Assembly: GCF_006345805.1 (NCBI RefSeq)
Contig: NC_043000.1
Coordinates: forward strand, 16,554,001 to 16,618,000
DNA: 64,000 nucleotides
Direction of reading: 5' to 3'
From: Octopus sinensis
Lineage: Eukaryota
In this document: one piece after another, positions 52,492-64,000 of the stretch
Layout: each line of letters opens with the position of its first letter
How positions within the stretch are numbered: position 1 is the first letter of the stretch
Notes under the pieces: generated by a model
Seen by the model: only the letters and a program-made list of their open reading frames with translations
What the model was told of the DNA's origin: nothing
Databases searched by the model: none
Translations under genes and position numbers: made by a program

Positions 52492-55400
52492 CTTTTAGAT
52501 CAGCATCTGCGGTGAACTGATCATCTCGTGTGGGAGCGGATGGCTGTTGAGCAAGCTGTTGACTAGTTTCATCTCGGTCTTTATCTACTGATTCATACTC
52601 GTCTTCAATCTCAACTGCTGTTAAACCATTATCCTGTAACCCGAGAGCTTTGGCAAGTTCTTCCTGCTCAAGGGATGTTAATAGTGTGAATTCTGATGGT
52701 GACGGAGGTCTCTCTTCATCCTTTTTCAGGTCAGACTCCTCTTGTTCAAGTTCAGCTTCTCTGCTTAATTCGATGCTCATTCTACTATCGATGTCAGACT
52801 GTGAATCAAGCGAACGTCTGAACTCTTCTCCGATTTGGGATTGTGTCATCGGGTCAATCATTGATTGGGTCAATGATTCATGGGACTCGATCATCGACTG
52901 AGTCATTATGTCTTGATCGTCAACCACAGACTGAAGTGCCTCATGAAGTTCCAATTGGGATTCAGTCATGAGTGTGTATTCAGTGGGTGACAGGGGTCTG
53001 CCATTGCTGTCTTTGTCGGTCTTGTCTTTTAATGGGTACTCAATACTCTCGGTCATTTGATCAATTGCCCTCAGTTTTTTGATGCGTTCAGTTGAATAGT
53101 ACTCACCAGAACTGTCATCATCATCGCTGGCACTGGGAGTAGCTGAACGTTCCTGTGCTTCGGTGGAAGAAGATGGGACAAGGATGTTACGGGCACCCAA
53201 ACCACTTCCATCACGGTGATAAGAGGAGAAGTCAGAGGAGTAATTCGTATAGTCATCAGTTATGTGGGAGTTGTATGAAGTGAAATCTTCAGTGAAATTC
53301 ACTTTATCAGTAGCAATCTTGTGTGACACTTTCTCGGTTTCTTTTAGAGATTCAGATGGAAACAGCCCAGTACTCTGTCCAATAGTTGATTTCTCATTGG
53401 TCAATGTGCTGGTTTTAGTGTCGGTTATTTCCTGGACTGTTTCCTGTTTCCCTAAAAAAGGAATCTGATCTTCTTGGGGTTGAACAGGTTGTTGGCTCTT
53501 TGAAGGGATATCACTGTCTTTCAGTGTACCTTTCCGAACTGATGTTACGTCTTTGTCTGGGTGTAAAGGAGGAAACCTGTCGGTGGCATTAAAATCAGGC
53601 CCACCATTTCTCTGAACAATTCTGAAGTCAATCGTGTCCCTTTGTTGATGTTCAAAATATTCTCGTCTGTCAATAAACTGGTCTTCAGCTTCAGTCTCAT
53701 CAACTTCTTCTTCAACAAGATCTTCCATTCTTGTTGAGGTCATTAAATGACCACTCCTTGTTAAAGCCTCCATTTGTTCGTTCTCCTCATCACTATGTTC
53801 AATGAAAGAATGGTCGCTCTCACCCCCAGAATCTTCTCCTTCAATTACTTCAAGAACTCTAGCTGTTTCAGGTTCTTTTAATTCAACCACTTCTTTGTGA
53901 AAAGTGTCTTCGTGTTGTACGTTCTCCTCAATTTCAGATGTTTGAGATTTGAACTTTTTGTCTGTTTTATCAATTTCCATCAAGTCATCGGTGATTGTCA
54001 TGCTCAGCTTGGACTCATCCTTTACAGCTACTTCTTTTTTAATTTCTTTCTGGAAATCATCTTCTCTGCTGACAGTATCAGTGACAATTTCCAGTTTAGA
54101 ATCTTTCTCAGTCAGTTTCTGTTCCAAATCTTCAATTTTCTGAATTTCTCCGTCTTTCGATTCTTTTTCATACTGCTGTTTCCCAATCTCTTCTTCAAAT
54201 GACTTATCACATACAGATGACTTTTCTTGACTTATTTCTATCTTGGTGCCATCTTCTTCAAAAGTCTGAGATTTCCCTTCAGTCAGTTCACTATGCATTT
54301 TGAGGGCATCTTTAGTTGTTAATTCTTCAGTTGTTTCCTTTTGAAACTCATCTTCTACAGTTGCCTGTTCCCTTTTACTCTCAGACTCTACATCTTTTTG
54401 TTTCACTGAACGAGTTTCATCTTTGATTGATTGAATTTCATCACCGACAGTGGTCGATCGGGTAGTACTCTCCTCTGTTGTTGCGGTTTCTGATCTCTTT
54501 ACTTTCACATCTTCAATAATCTTTGATTCTGATGTGAATTTGCTGGGAGTTATGTCGTCAAGAACTTTACGTTCCTCAATAGAGCCTTCATGAACTGTAG
54601 TTTCTTGAACTCGAGTTTCTTGTTTGAAACTCTCGTTCCTTACTTCTTTGTTAGAGATCTCTTCTTTAACAAGTTGTTCCTCTGATGTTTGAAAAGGAAA
54701 TGATTTTGTAAAGTCTACTTGATCTTTGTCAGTACTCCTCCTCGATAGATCATCATCTGCTCCACTTTTAAAGCCACTATCTGTAATATCTTCAGATCTT
54801 TTCTCCATTTCATCTGTGACATCTATACTCTGAGATTTAGACATATAATCCATTTCTGTCATTATGTCAACATCATCATGATCATCATCATCGCTCTCAT
54901 CATCACTCGATAGATATTTCTCTTCTTGGAAGTCGTGAGGCGAAGTTTCTTTAAACTTAGCATCAGACTCTGCTTGTAAAGCAGCAAGATCAACAGAATA
55001 TTTCTCCTCAGTTCGGTCAGAAGTGTCATCCTTGGCTACATGTTTTGGAGATTGCTCAGTTAGGGGAGATTCCGCTTTGGGAATGCTTCTAATACTCTCC
55101 ACCGATGTTTCATGTGCCAAGGCACTAGATACTAAAAAAGGATCGGCACTAAAACTAAGACCATCGCTTTTGGCCGGTGTTTTATATTCAATTTTTTCAG
55201 GTGAGGCAACTGTCATGAACTGCTCTTGCCTGCTGATTTCAAAATAAGTAGCTTCCTCTGACAGAATGGAACTAAACTGAGGTGCTGTTTTCTTTGAGGT
55301 ATCAGTTTCCTGGATTTCTTCAGATGTTTCCTCATCAGATGTCATGTCCTGCTCATCTTCTACACGGTATTCTTGGGAGATTTTACTTGAATACACAGAT

Positions 55401-58400
55401 TTCTCTTCTTTGCTGATACTTTCTTCTATCATTTCAGATGTACTTGATGTTTTATATTCTGATGTTACTGTGGAAATCCGTTGTTCATGAGTAACGGAGG
55501 TTTGATCTTTGGGTGAAGTATACTTTTCTTCTTCTTCTTCCTCCTGACAGCTCTTTTCATGTGTCAGGAACATTTCCAGAGAACTACCTTTGGATCCTTC
55601 ATCTGAAGACAAGTCTTCTTGTACAGGGAATTCATAAGTTATCTCTGTTCGATCACCCAGATCTTTTTTAAGATGGTCTGCTGTTGGTGATAATCCCGGT
55701 GACTCTGTCGAGGATACCTTTTTCTTGGAGTCCTCATATGACCTCTCAGTGAATTCCTCTTTTGTTCTTTGATCAGTGTGAGTAAATATTTCATCTGATT
55801 CCTCATCTGAAACATCCTGTAATTGTTGTAATCGTTTGACTGCTCTTTCTTGGGTTTCTTCAAGCACTTTTTCTCTAATATCTTCCTTTAAAGCATCCAG
55901 CTGAACCTCTACTAAACTCTCATCAGACATAGATTCAGCCTGTCTGTCAAATCGTTCAGTAGCTTCTGGTGCTGGAGTCTGCCACTCATGAATTTCTAGT
56001 TTCTCTGGAGAGTCTATAATCATTTTTTCTTCCTGTCGAGAGATCTCAAACAGTTCACCAGACGATGATTTTCTAGTAATTTTTTGCTCCACAGGTGAAA
56101 CCTCAACACTGTCAGCAGGTACACTTTCCACTACTTTACTCTCCTGTACGTCATCACATACAGGAGATCGCATCTCGTTTTTTGAAAGAAAATCTTTCTC
56201 ACTAGATATAGTTGTGCTTTCCTTATCTTCATCTTCAATTACTTTGGTTGTGTGTTCAGAGATGGTTGTTGACACTTCCTTGACAGAGGTTGTGGAGACA
56301 ATGGTGTGCACATCCTTGTCAGCAAATTTGCTTGAGATTATGTCTTTAGATGGCTCGGGCTTCGATGTATAGAAACTGCGAGATTCCTTTTCTAAAAAAA
56401 CTTCTCTCCTTGAGATTTCATAATCAGTATCTTTGTGAGGTTCTTCTTCTAGTTGTGTCTGAAGGCCATCATCTGGTGGCTCAGCTCCATGTTCTTTTGG
56501 AGGACAAACCTTGTCAGTTGATGAAAGATCAATAGCAGCTGGTTCGAACGGTGTCTGGCGCTCTATGGAAATTTTGGCTTCCAAAATTTCCTCCTGCTCA
56601 ATAATTTCAAAATCTTCTTCATCATAGGGCTTAGGACAAATTTCAGAGGCCTGAGGCTCTGGGGAAGATGCTTTCAGCTGTGGTTCTGGTGAAGGAGACT
56701 TGAGTTGAGGCTTTGATGATAGAATCTTTTCTTTAGGTTCTGGTGAGGGAGACTTTGATTTCAGACGTGGTGGAGAGGGTGACTTAGCTTTAGGTTCTGG
56801 TGAGGGAGACTTTGACTTTATGTGTGGTGGTGATGGAGTTTTCTCTTTAGGCTCTGGTGAGGGAGTCTTCCCTTTAGGTTCTGGTGAGGGAGACTTTGAC
56901 TTCAGGTGAGGTGGTGAGGGAAGCTTTGACTTTAGGTGAGGTGGAGAGGGAGGCTTATCTTTAAGTTCTGGTGAGGGAGACTTTGACTTTAGGTGGGGTG
57001 GTGATGGAGTCTTCTCTTTAATTTCTGGTGAAGGACTCTTTGACTTCAGGTGAAGTGGTGAAGGAGCCTTATCTTTAAGCTCTGGTGAAGGAGACTTTGA
57101 CTTTTGCTGAAGTGGTGAGGGAGTCTTTGATTTAGGTTCTGGTGAGGGAGATTTTGACTTTAGGCGAAGTGGTGATGGAGTCTTCTCTTTAAGTTCTGGT
57201 GAAGGACTCTTAGACTTAAGGTGGAGTGGTGAAAGAGACTTGTCTTTAGGTTCTGGTGAGGGAGACTTTGACTTTAACCGAAGTGGTGATGGAGTCTTTT
57301 CTTTAGGTTCAGGCGAGGGAGACTTTGACTTTAACCGAAGTGGTGAGGGAGACTTATCTTTAGGTTCAGGTGAGGGAGATTTTGACTTTAACTGAAGTGG
57401 TGAGGGAGACTTATCTTTAAGTTCAGGCGAGGGAGATTTTGACTTTAACTGAAGTGGTGAGGGAGACTTATCTTTAAGTTCAGGCGAGGGAGATTTTGAC
57501 TTTAACTGAAGTGGTGAGGGAGACTTATCTTTAGGTTCAGGCGAGGGAGATTTTGACTTTAACTGAAGTGGTGAGGGAGACTTATCTTTAGGTTCTGGTG
57601 AGGGAGATTTTGACTTTAGGTGAGATGGCGAAGGGGATTTTGATTTTAGGTGAGGTGGTGATGGAGACTTCTCTTTCAGATCTGGTGAAGGACTCTTTGA
57701 CTTAAAGTGGAGTGGTGAAGGAGACTTGTCTTTAACTTCTGGTGAGGGAGATTTTGACTTTAACTGAAGTGGTGAGGGAGACTTATCTTTAGGTTCAGGC
57801 GAGGGAGATTTTGACTTTAGGTGTGGTGGCGAGGGGGACTTTGACTTTAGGTGAGGTGGTGAGGGGGACTTATCTTTAGGTTTTGGTGAAGAAGACTTAA
57901 GTTGTAACTTTGGTGAAGGAGTCTTATCTTTAAGTTCTGGTGAAGGGGACTTTGACTTCAGGTGAGATGGTGAGGGAGACTTATCTTTAGGTTCTGGTGA
58001 GGGAGACTTTGACTTTAGGTGAGGTGGCGAGGGAGACTTTGATTTCATGTGAGGTGGTGATGGAGTCTTTTCTTTAGGTTCTGGTGAGGGAGACTTTGAC
58101 TTTAGCTGAAGAGGTGAAGGAGATTTATCTTTAGGTTTTGGTGAAGGAGATTTCTCTTTAGGTTCTGGTGAAGGAGTTTTCTCTTTAGGTTCTGGTGAAG
58201 GAGTTTTCTCTTTAGGTTCTGGTGAAGGAGTCTTAAGTTGGGGCTCTGGTGAAGGAGACTTAAGTTGGGGCTCTGGTGAGGGAGTTTTCTCTTTAGCCTC
58301 ATGTAAGCGTGATTTCAGCTGAGGTTCTGGTGAAGGTGATTTATCCTTAAGTTCAGGTGAGATATCTTTATCAAGTGAGGATATAGTTTTGTCCAAAGTC

Positions 58401-59517
58401 TTAGATGATAAAATTTGGCTATCTTCAGAAGTGAAGATCTCTTTTACTTTGCCATCATCTACAGAATATTCTACTTTCTGTTTCATTTCTGTTGTTTCAG
58501 TCTTGAAGCTCTTCTCAACTGATGATACAGTTTCTTTACTCTCTTTAGGAAATTCCTTCAAATCAGGAGTTTCCCCTTCTGAAGAAATGCTTTCTTTTTT
58601 CTCTTGGAATACGTGACTTTCCTTTATCTCCTGGACTGCACTTTGAGAAGAATCAGTTTTCCAAGATTTTGTCACTTCTTTTTGTACTGTTTCTTTGCTA
58701 TCCTTGTCAAATGACATGGCCTCTTTCTTTGACGGCTTTTCACGAGTTGTAGCTTCCTCAAACTTGGCAATCAGTGATGAAGTGCTTTCGCGTCGTTCTT
58801 CAACGACTTCACTTTTTTGCTCTCCTGTAGAAGACACTTTTACAGTTTCAGATCGGATTTCACTCGTTTCAGATGCAGTTTGGTATGACCTTTCACTTCC
58901 TTTCGAGGTAGTGTCTGGTGTTTCTTCATCAGAGCTTAATAACTCATCAGGTTGAGTTGTGACATAATAATTTTGGGCATGTTTACCAGTAAACATTTTC
59001 AGTTTCTCAGAAAATTCAAGATTTTCATCATCTGAGGGAGTCTTAAAGTGGGCGTCGGGCGGTTCCGGGACACCGTAAGGTTGATCAACATCATCAGCTT
59101 TCTCTGAAGATTTATGTTTTGCTAAAGTGCTTGTGTGAACTTTGGTGGCTTCACGTATAATAGTTTTTTCAGACATGGAGCCATTCTTAATTTTGTCCTC
59201 AAATTTCTCTTTGACAGCAGAGACTTTTACCCATTCTTCTACCTTTGGAGCAGAATCTTCTGTTTCAACATAAGTACCATTGGCTGATGGCACCTTTTCT
59301 GCATCAAAGCCATCAAGATCGCTGTCGTCAATGACAACCCACTCAGAAGAGTCTTGCTTTACGAATTCCTGAGATTCTTTGCGTAACGTTGCTTGTGCTG
59401 ATTTCTGGACTTCACGAACAATGTCTGTAGCTGAACTTTGCAAAGCAGTGTCAGATGTTTGCTCAAACATTTGAATAATAGAAGCGACTGATCTTGTTTT
59501 ACCCTCACTCTCATCAT
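52492..59517 (-). CDS. Giant exon 1 (7,026 nt, 2,342 codons, phase 1/1) of putative giant ankyrin
   Basis: Uninterrupted 2,353-aa ORF. Acceptor cccttgatag|AT GAT, donor CTA AAA G|gtatat. Contains a KSPSP repeat array and LIR-like motifs. Confidence 0.9.
56660..58345 (-). repeat. Coding repeat array (KSKSPSPEPKDKSPSPLQL, 57-bp higher-order unit with 27/30-bp sub-units)
   Basis: Visible in both the translation and the DNA (ggtgagggagactttgac repeats). Confidence 0.95.
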
Positions 59518-60384
59518 CTATCAAGGGTTTGTTTTTTTGTCAATAGTTTTGTTTTTGTTTGTTTTACAATTAAAGGTAGGTAAAAAAAAAAAAAAATCCG
59601 ACAGCAATCCGAAATGCAAGCATTAAAAAGGAGAGATTTCAAGATGAGTAAATTGGAAATGTTATTAGAAGGAAATGGTTTACAGAGTTTTGCTTTAAGT
59701 AATACACATTAGTTATTGTAAAGGAATTATTGAGAAAATGGAACATTACCAAAAAAAAAAAAAAAAAAAAAACCATACACACGCACATATAGATACATAT
59801 ATTATATATACATTTATATGTATTTGTGTATGTTTTTCTGTATCTGTGTGTAGCAATGTGTGAGAGTATATGTATATAAGTTTAAATTGAAAATGCTGGA
59901 TTATAATTAATAAAGAGTTAAGAAGATTAAATAATGGGAAAAAAAAAATCAGAGTTAATTAAAAGTTCATTTTAACCTGGTTAATGATGAAATGTTCTGA
60001 TCAGAATTATTAATTACCATTAATGCAACGAGAACCCTGGATATACCAAAAATCTTTCAAGTGAAATAGTAAAAATTTGGAATTTCTAAAAGAATATGAT
60101 GTATAAATTACTCAGTTGATGCCAACTTTTGGTTTAAAGTATTTACTAATGTAAAGATTAGTAAATAGGAATTTTGATGGGGTCAATATAAATATAAAGT
60201 AATTTAAGAATTTAAGTTATAGGTATTGAAAAGGGATCAGATCTTCAGGCCTCAAAGAAACTATTTTGGTAAACAAAACAAATGAAGATCATTTTCTTTT
60301 TTATGGGTATATCATTCCAGAATACTCTAAACATTTAATTATAAACATACAAGAATATCACGATAACACAAGATTATCAAGTTT

Positions 60385-60436
<52 letters not shown>

Positions 60437-60470
60437 AATAAATATATATATACATACATATACACACGTG

Positions 60471-60502
<32 letters not shown>

Positions 60503-60619
60503 AAATATATGCAATACTTTATATCACATGTATAGCAGTAAAAACAAGCTTCACAGTGCAGACTGGGAATAAAACAGCCTTAATTGGAAGAAATCAAAAT
60601 AAAATAAGAAACAAAAACA

Positions 60620-60657
<38 letters not shown>

Positions 60658-61133
60658 CAAAATATAAATTGAAAAAATAAACAAGAAAACATACACAGTG
60701 CAGATATGATGGATAAATAAGAATAACTGATAGCAGCAGGGATTTACTGGATTAACTAAGATATATAAAGGTGAAGAGGAAAATGTTGTAAAGGTATTGA
60801 CAACAAACATTAAAAAAAAAACAAAAAAAAACCGGCTGACACTGGGATGTTTAAATGGGAAAAATAAAATTATTTCAAATGAGGATGATGAGAGTCTTGA
60901 ACTAGCTTCAGTTCTTCAGTGGAGCAGGAGGATAATTGTAAATCAAGAAAATCTTGCATTAATGCATTCATGCACTTTGGAATATATTAGCAACAGTAAG
61001 GGTGGAATAAAAAAAATCAAAAAAAAAATCACAAAGTATTCTAAAAATCATCCTTGGTTATTAACATGCTGATGAATTTTCTATTTTCTTTCAGAATAAG
61101 AGTACCATGAACAATATAGAATTAGTGCCTGTA

Positions 61134-61180
<47 letters not shown>

Positions 61181-61790
61181 ATATATATGGCTCCAACTTT
61201 GATCCTATTGCGCAGCACCTTGGGCTAGTGACAAGTAATGTAGACTTAGGTTGTTCAATGCCATGTGATAAGAATTTGGTAGGCACGAACTATGCTGAAG
61301 CCAGTGTGTGTGTATGTGTGTGCATATATGTGTCTGTGTTAATTGGTGGTATAAATATGGGCATTGGGTTGTATCCTTTTATGTGAAAAAAAAACTAAAC
61401 AATTCGACAAATAGAGATCGATAACAAAAATACCAGACTGAAGTACTGGGGTCAGTATAATTGACTAAAACCCCTAAAGACAGAAGCACTGTCATGGCTG
61501 TAGTTGAATGACAGTAACCAGTAGAAGTATAAATGCATAACGAATATTTAGTTTGGCTCTGAGATAAATTGGTGAGTTAAAACTCAGAGAGAGAGAAGAA
61601 ACATATGGGTTGTCACAAAGGAAAGATTGAAATTTCCATAGAGTGGGGCCTTACAGAATCATAGAAAATGAATGAGTGTGCAACCCATTGGTCAAAATCA
61701 CAATCTTTCAAAATCTTTATTCTTTTAATGTTAGACCAAAATGTTTGTTGTCTGAGATAACTCTATAAATATTTTAAGGTTAAAAAAAAA

Positions 61791-62035
61791 CAGGAGTGGC
61801 TGTGTGATAAGTAGCTTATATATATATATATGTGTGTGTATGTGTGCTTGTCCCCCTAGCATCGCTTGACAACCGATGCTGGTGTGTTTACGTCCCCGTC
61901 ACTTAGCGGTTCGGCAAAAGAGACCGATAGAATAAGTACTGGGCTTACAAAGAATAAGTCCTGGGGTCGATTTGCTCGACTAAAGGCGGTGCTCCAGCAT
62001 GGCTGCAGTCAAATGACTGAAACAAGTAAAAGAGT
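61791..62035 (+). mobile_element. Family A SINE with internal deletion
   Basis: Head caggagtggctgtgtgataagtagctt is joined directly to the (TA)n middle and an intact 3' half. Confidence 0.85.
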
Positions 62036-62340
62036 ATAGCATTTTTTGTATTGAATTAATTTATGTGTTCTCTATATTGTTTTACATCATCATTCTCTCT
62101 CACACATATGCATATATCAATACATATATATGCATGTGTGTGTGTGTAATGTTGAATAAATGGTCATATACAAAAAGCATTGATCAACTGTAGCAAACAA
62201 TGAGGCAAAAAAAGACAAAAATAATTATAATTATAATGGTAAAAATATGTGGGGATAAAACAAAAACTGTTTACGTGAAACATTTAGATGGCTAGATGCA
62301 ACAAACAGCATAGCATAGCATCAAGAGGTTTCAACATTAC

Positions 62341-62403
62341 CTGATTCTTCCCCATGGCCTTCAGAAGACACTGTGGTGGTGGTCGTGGTGGTTGGCTCTT
62401 GAC
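62341..62403 (-). CDS. Exon, 63 nt, phase 1/1 (QEPTTTTTTTVSSEGHGEES), the most 5' exon seen in the window
   Basis: Acceptor cccttctctactagcag|GT CAA and donor TCA G|gtaatg. In frame with giant exon 1. Confidence 0.8.
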
Positions 62404-63203
62404 CTGCTAGTAGAGAAGGGTTTTGTCAATACACCGACTTAAACAGAAATACACAGACGAATGAAAACCCCGAAAAACAGACACCAAACAACAGTAGGGA
62501 GGTAAAGAATAAAAAGTGATACAATACACACATACACATGTGAAAAGTGATACAGAAATGAAAAATAAATCAATGTGCAATATAAAACTGTTAAAAACAC
62601 CCACTGGAAGATCAAAAACTGTTTAGATGACAAGAAGGAAAAAAAGAGGTCAGTTGCTAAAAAAACAAAAACAAATGTACAAAATAGAAACAATCAGTTA
62701 TTTAGTTTTAGCAGGCTTTTATGGTGGTATTTAGGAATATATGAGATGAAAAACTTCAAAGACAAAAAACAATTTTCAAAAGAAACCCAGTTCGTTTTTA
62801 TTTTAAAAATTGAATCTCAGTTTTAATTTTATGTCTCAAGGTTGAAACTCTGATCAGGAATATTGATCCAATGCTCTATAAATTTCAGTAAATTTAAAAA
62901 AAATTATTGTTGGACACCAAATTATTCCTAGATTTTAAAAATCAGAATAATCACTACTAGATTTTAATATAGAACTGAGTTTGTTTTGTTGTTTGCTGTG
63001 ATTTTTTTTTTTTTTTTGAAGAAAAGGAAATGGAAAGAGACAGACAGAAAGAGCTTGAGAAGAGAGAACCACACACCACTATCTTTTAAATTAATGTAAT
63101 CCTTTTGACATTGTACCTCTGACAAATTGACCTGCATAGAAGGGCTGTTATTGTGGCAATACTGATCTCTATGGAGAACCTGGTACTGTTTATATATAAA
63201 GAT

Positions 63204-63435
63204 GCGGTGGCGAGCTGGCAGAAACGTTAGCCCACCGGGTGAAATGCGTAGCCGTATTTCGTCTGTCGTTGCGTTCTGAGTTCAAATTCCGTCGAGGTCG
63301 ACTTTGCCTTTCATCCTTTCGGGGTTGATAAATTAGGTACCAGTTACACACTGGGGTCGATGTAATCGACTTAATCCCTTTGTCTGTCCTTGTTTGTCCC
63401 CTCTGTGTTTAGTCCCTTGTGGGTAGTAAAGAAAT
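63204..63435 (+). mobile_element. tRNA-derived SINE, family B, with 15-bp target-site duplication
   Basis: TATATATAAAGATGC at 63191-63205 and 63439-63453 flanks an intact copy. Confidence 0.9.
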
Positions 63436-64000
63436 ATATATATATAAAGATGCTGTTATTGTGTAGATACAGACCTGTTACTGAGATACTAATCCCTACA
63501 CAAGGGGCTGCTATTGATACAATGTAACGAAGTATGATGATAGTAGGAATAAGACCGTTGCATAAATCAAGGGAAATGCAACATGAATAGTTCAAAATAT
63601 CCATAAACAGTTATAGGTCTACATCAAGTGGCAGCTGCCACTACTAGACAAAATGTGCCTTGTACTTTGTGAACAATACACAAATGCTCAACCCTAGCAA
63701 GACACAGGAGTATCCAAGTTGTCAGGTCACTGGATAGTCAGTTGGGTATATAAGTGAGATAAATAGATTTATGTCCAAAGAGCTGCATACCTCCCTGGAC
63801 AAAAATCTATATATGTAACTCACACATATCATCATAATCATTTTAATGCCCACTTTTCCATACATGCATGGGTCAGGCAGAATTTGTAGATGCATATTTT
63901 TCTAAAGCTGCATGCTCTTTCCGTTGCCAACCCTCACCCATTTCTAAGCAAGGTAATATTTCCCACAGCTAGACAAATTTTCTACAGAAGACTGCAAACG

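Noticed and set aside
56918-56929. SKLP as an SxIP-type EB-binding motif
   Set aside because: A single S-to-L variant of the KSKSPSP repeat unit, best explained by repeat drift.
52492-59517. Identification as a neurofilament (NF220) or titin/mucin gene
   Set aside because: No intermediate-filament rod, Ig/Fn3 domains or signal peptide in the window. The giant-exon architecture and ankyrin-type LIR favour giant ankyrin, though the upstream exons are needed to settle it.
60580-60780. Pyrimidine tract plus AG followed by a hydrophobic phase-1 frame (VNPVNPCCYQLFLF…)
   Set aside because: The hydrophobicity comes from T-rich and (TA)n sequence, and there is no good donor or coding signature.

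Overview
AT-rich, microsatellite- and SINE-dense eukaryotic DNA. The repeat complement suggests a coleoid cephalopod, probably Octopus (inference). The window holds the 3' part of one very large minus-strand gene. I reconstruct ten exons with canonical AG/GT boundaries that join in frame: 62341-62403, 52492-59517 (7,026 nt), 46531-47376, 34532-34678, 22157-31408 (9,252 nt), 18980-18988 (9-nt microexon), 16414-16470, 14846-15412, 10127-10187 and terminal exon 7297-7498. The first eight are all symmetric phase-1 exons, and full inclusion gives about 6,076 aa of acidic, S/T/E/P-rich tail. The best identification is a neuronal giant ankyrin (Ank2/UNC-44-like), but the ANK/ZU5/death-domain exons are not in the window, so this is inferred. 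Notable features are an AnkB/AnkG-type extended LIR motif plus other LIR-like motifs, a neurofilament-like KSP repeat array, a TSKTEEPVVT repeat, SSLxEFERLE and MxxSxDSL repeats, and a GGDATYD-repeat cassette exon. The UGC-preceded microexon and Rbfox/STAR motifs at giant-exon boundaries point to neural splicing control. Introns and flank contain a 3'-truncated mariner, several SINE families, piggyBac-type TTAA MITEs and foldback elements. No rRNA, true tRNA or CRISPR array was seen.
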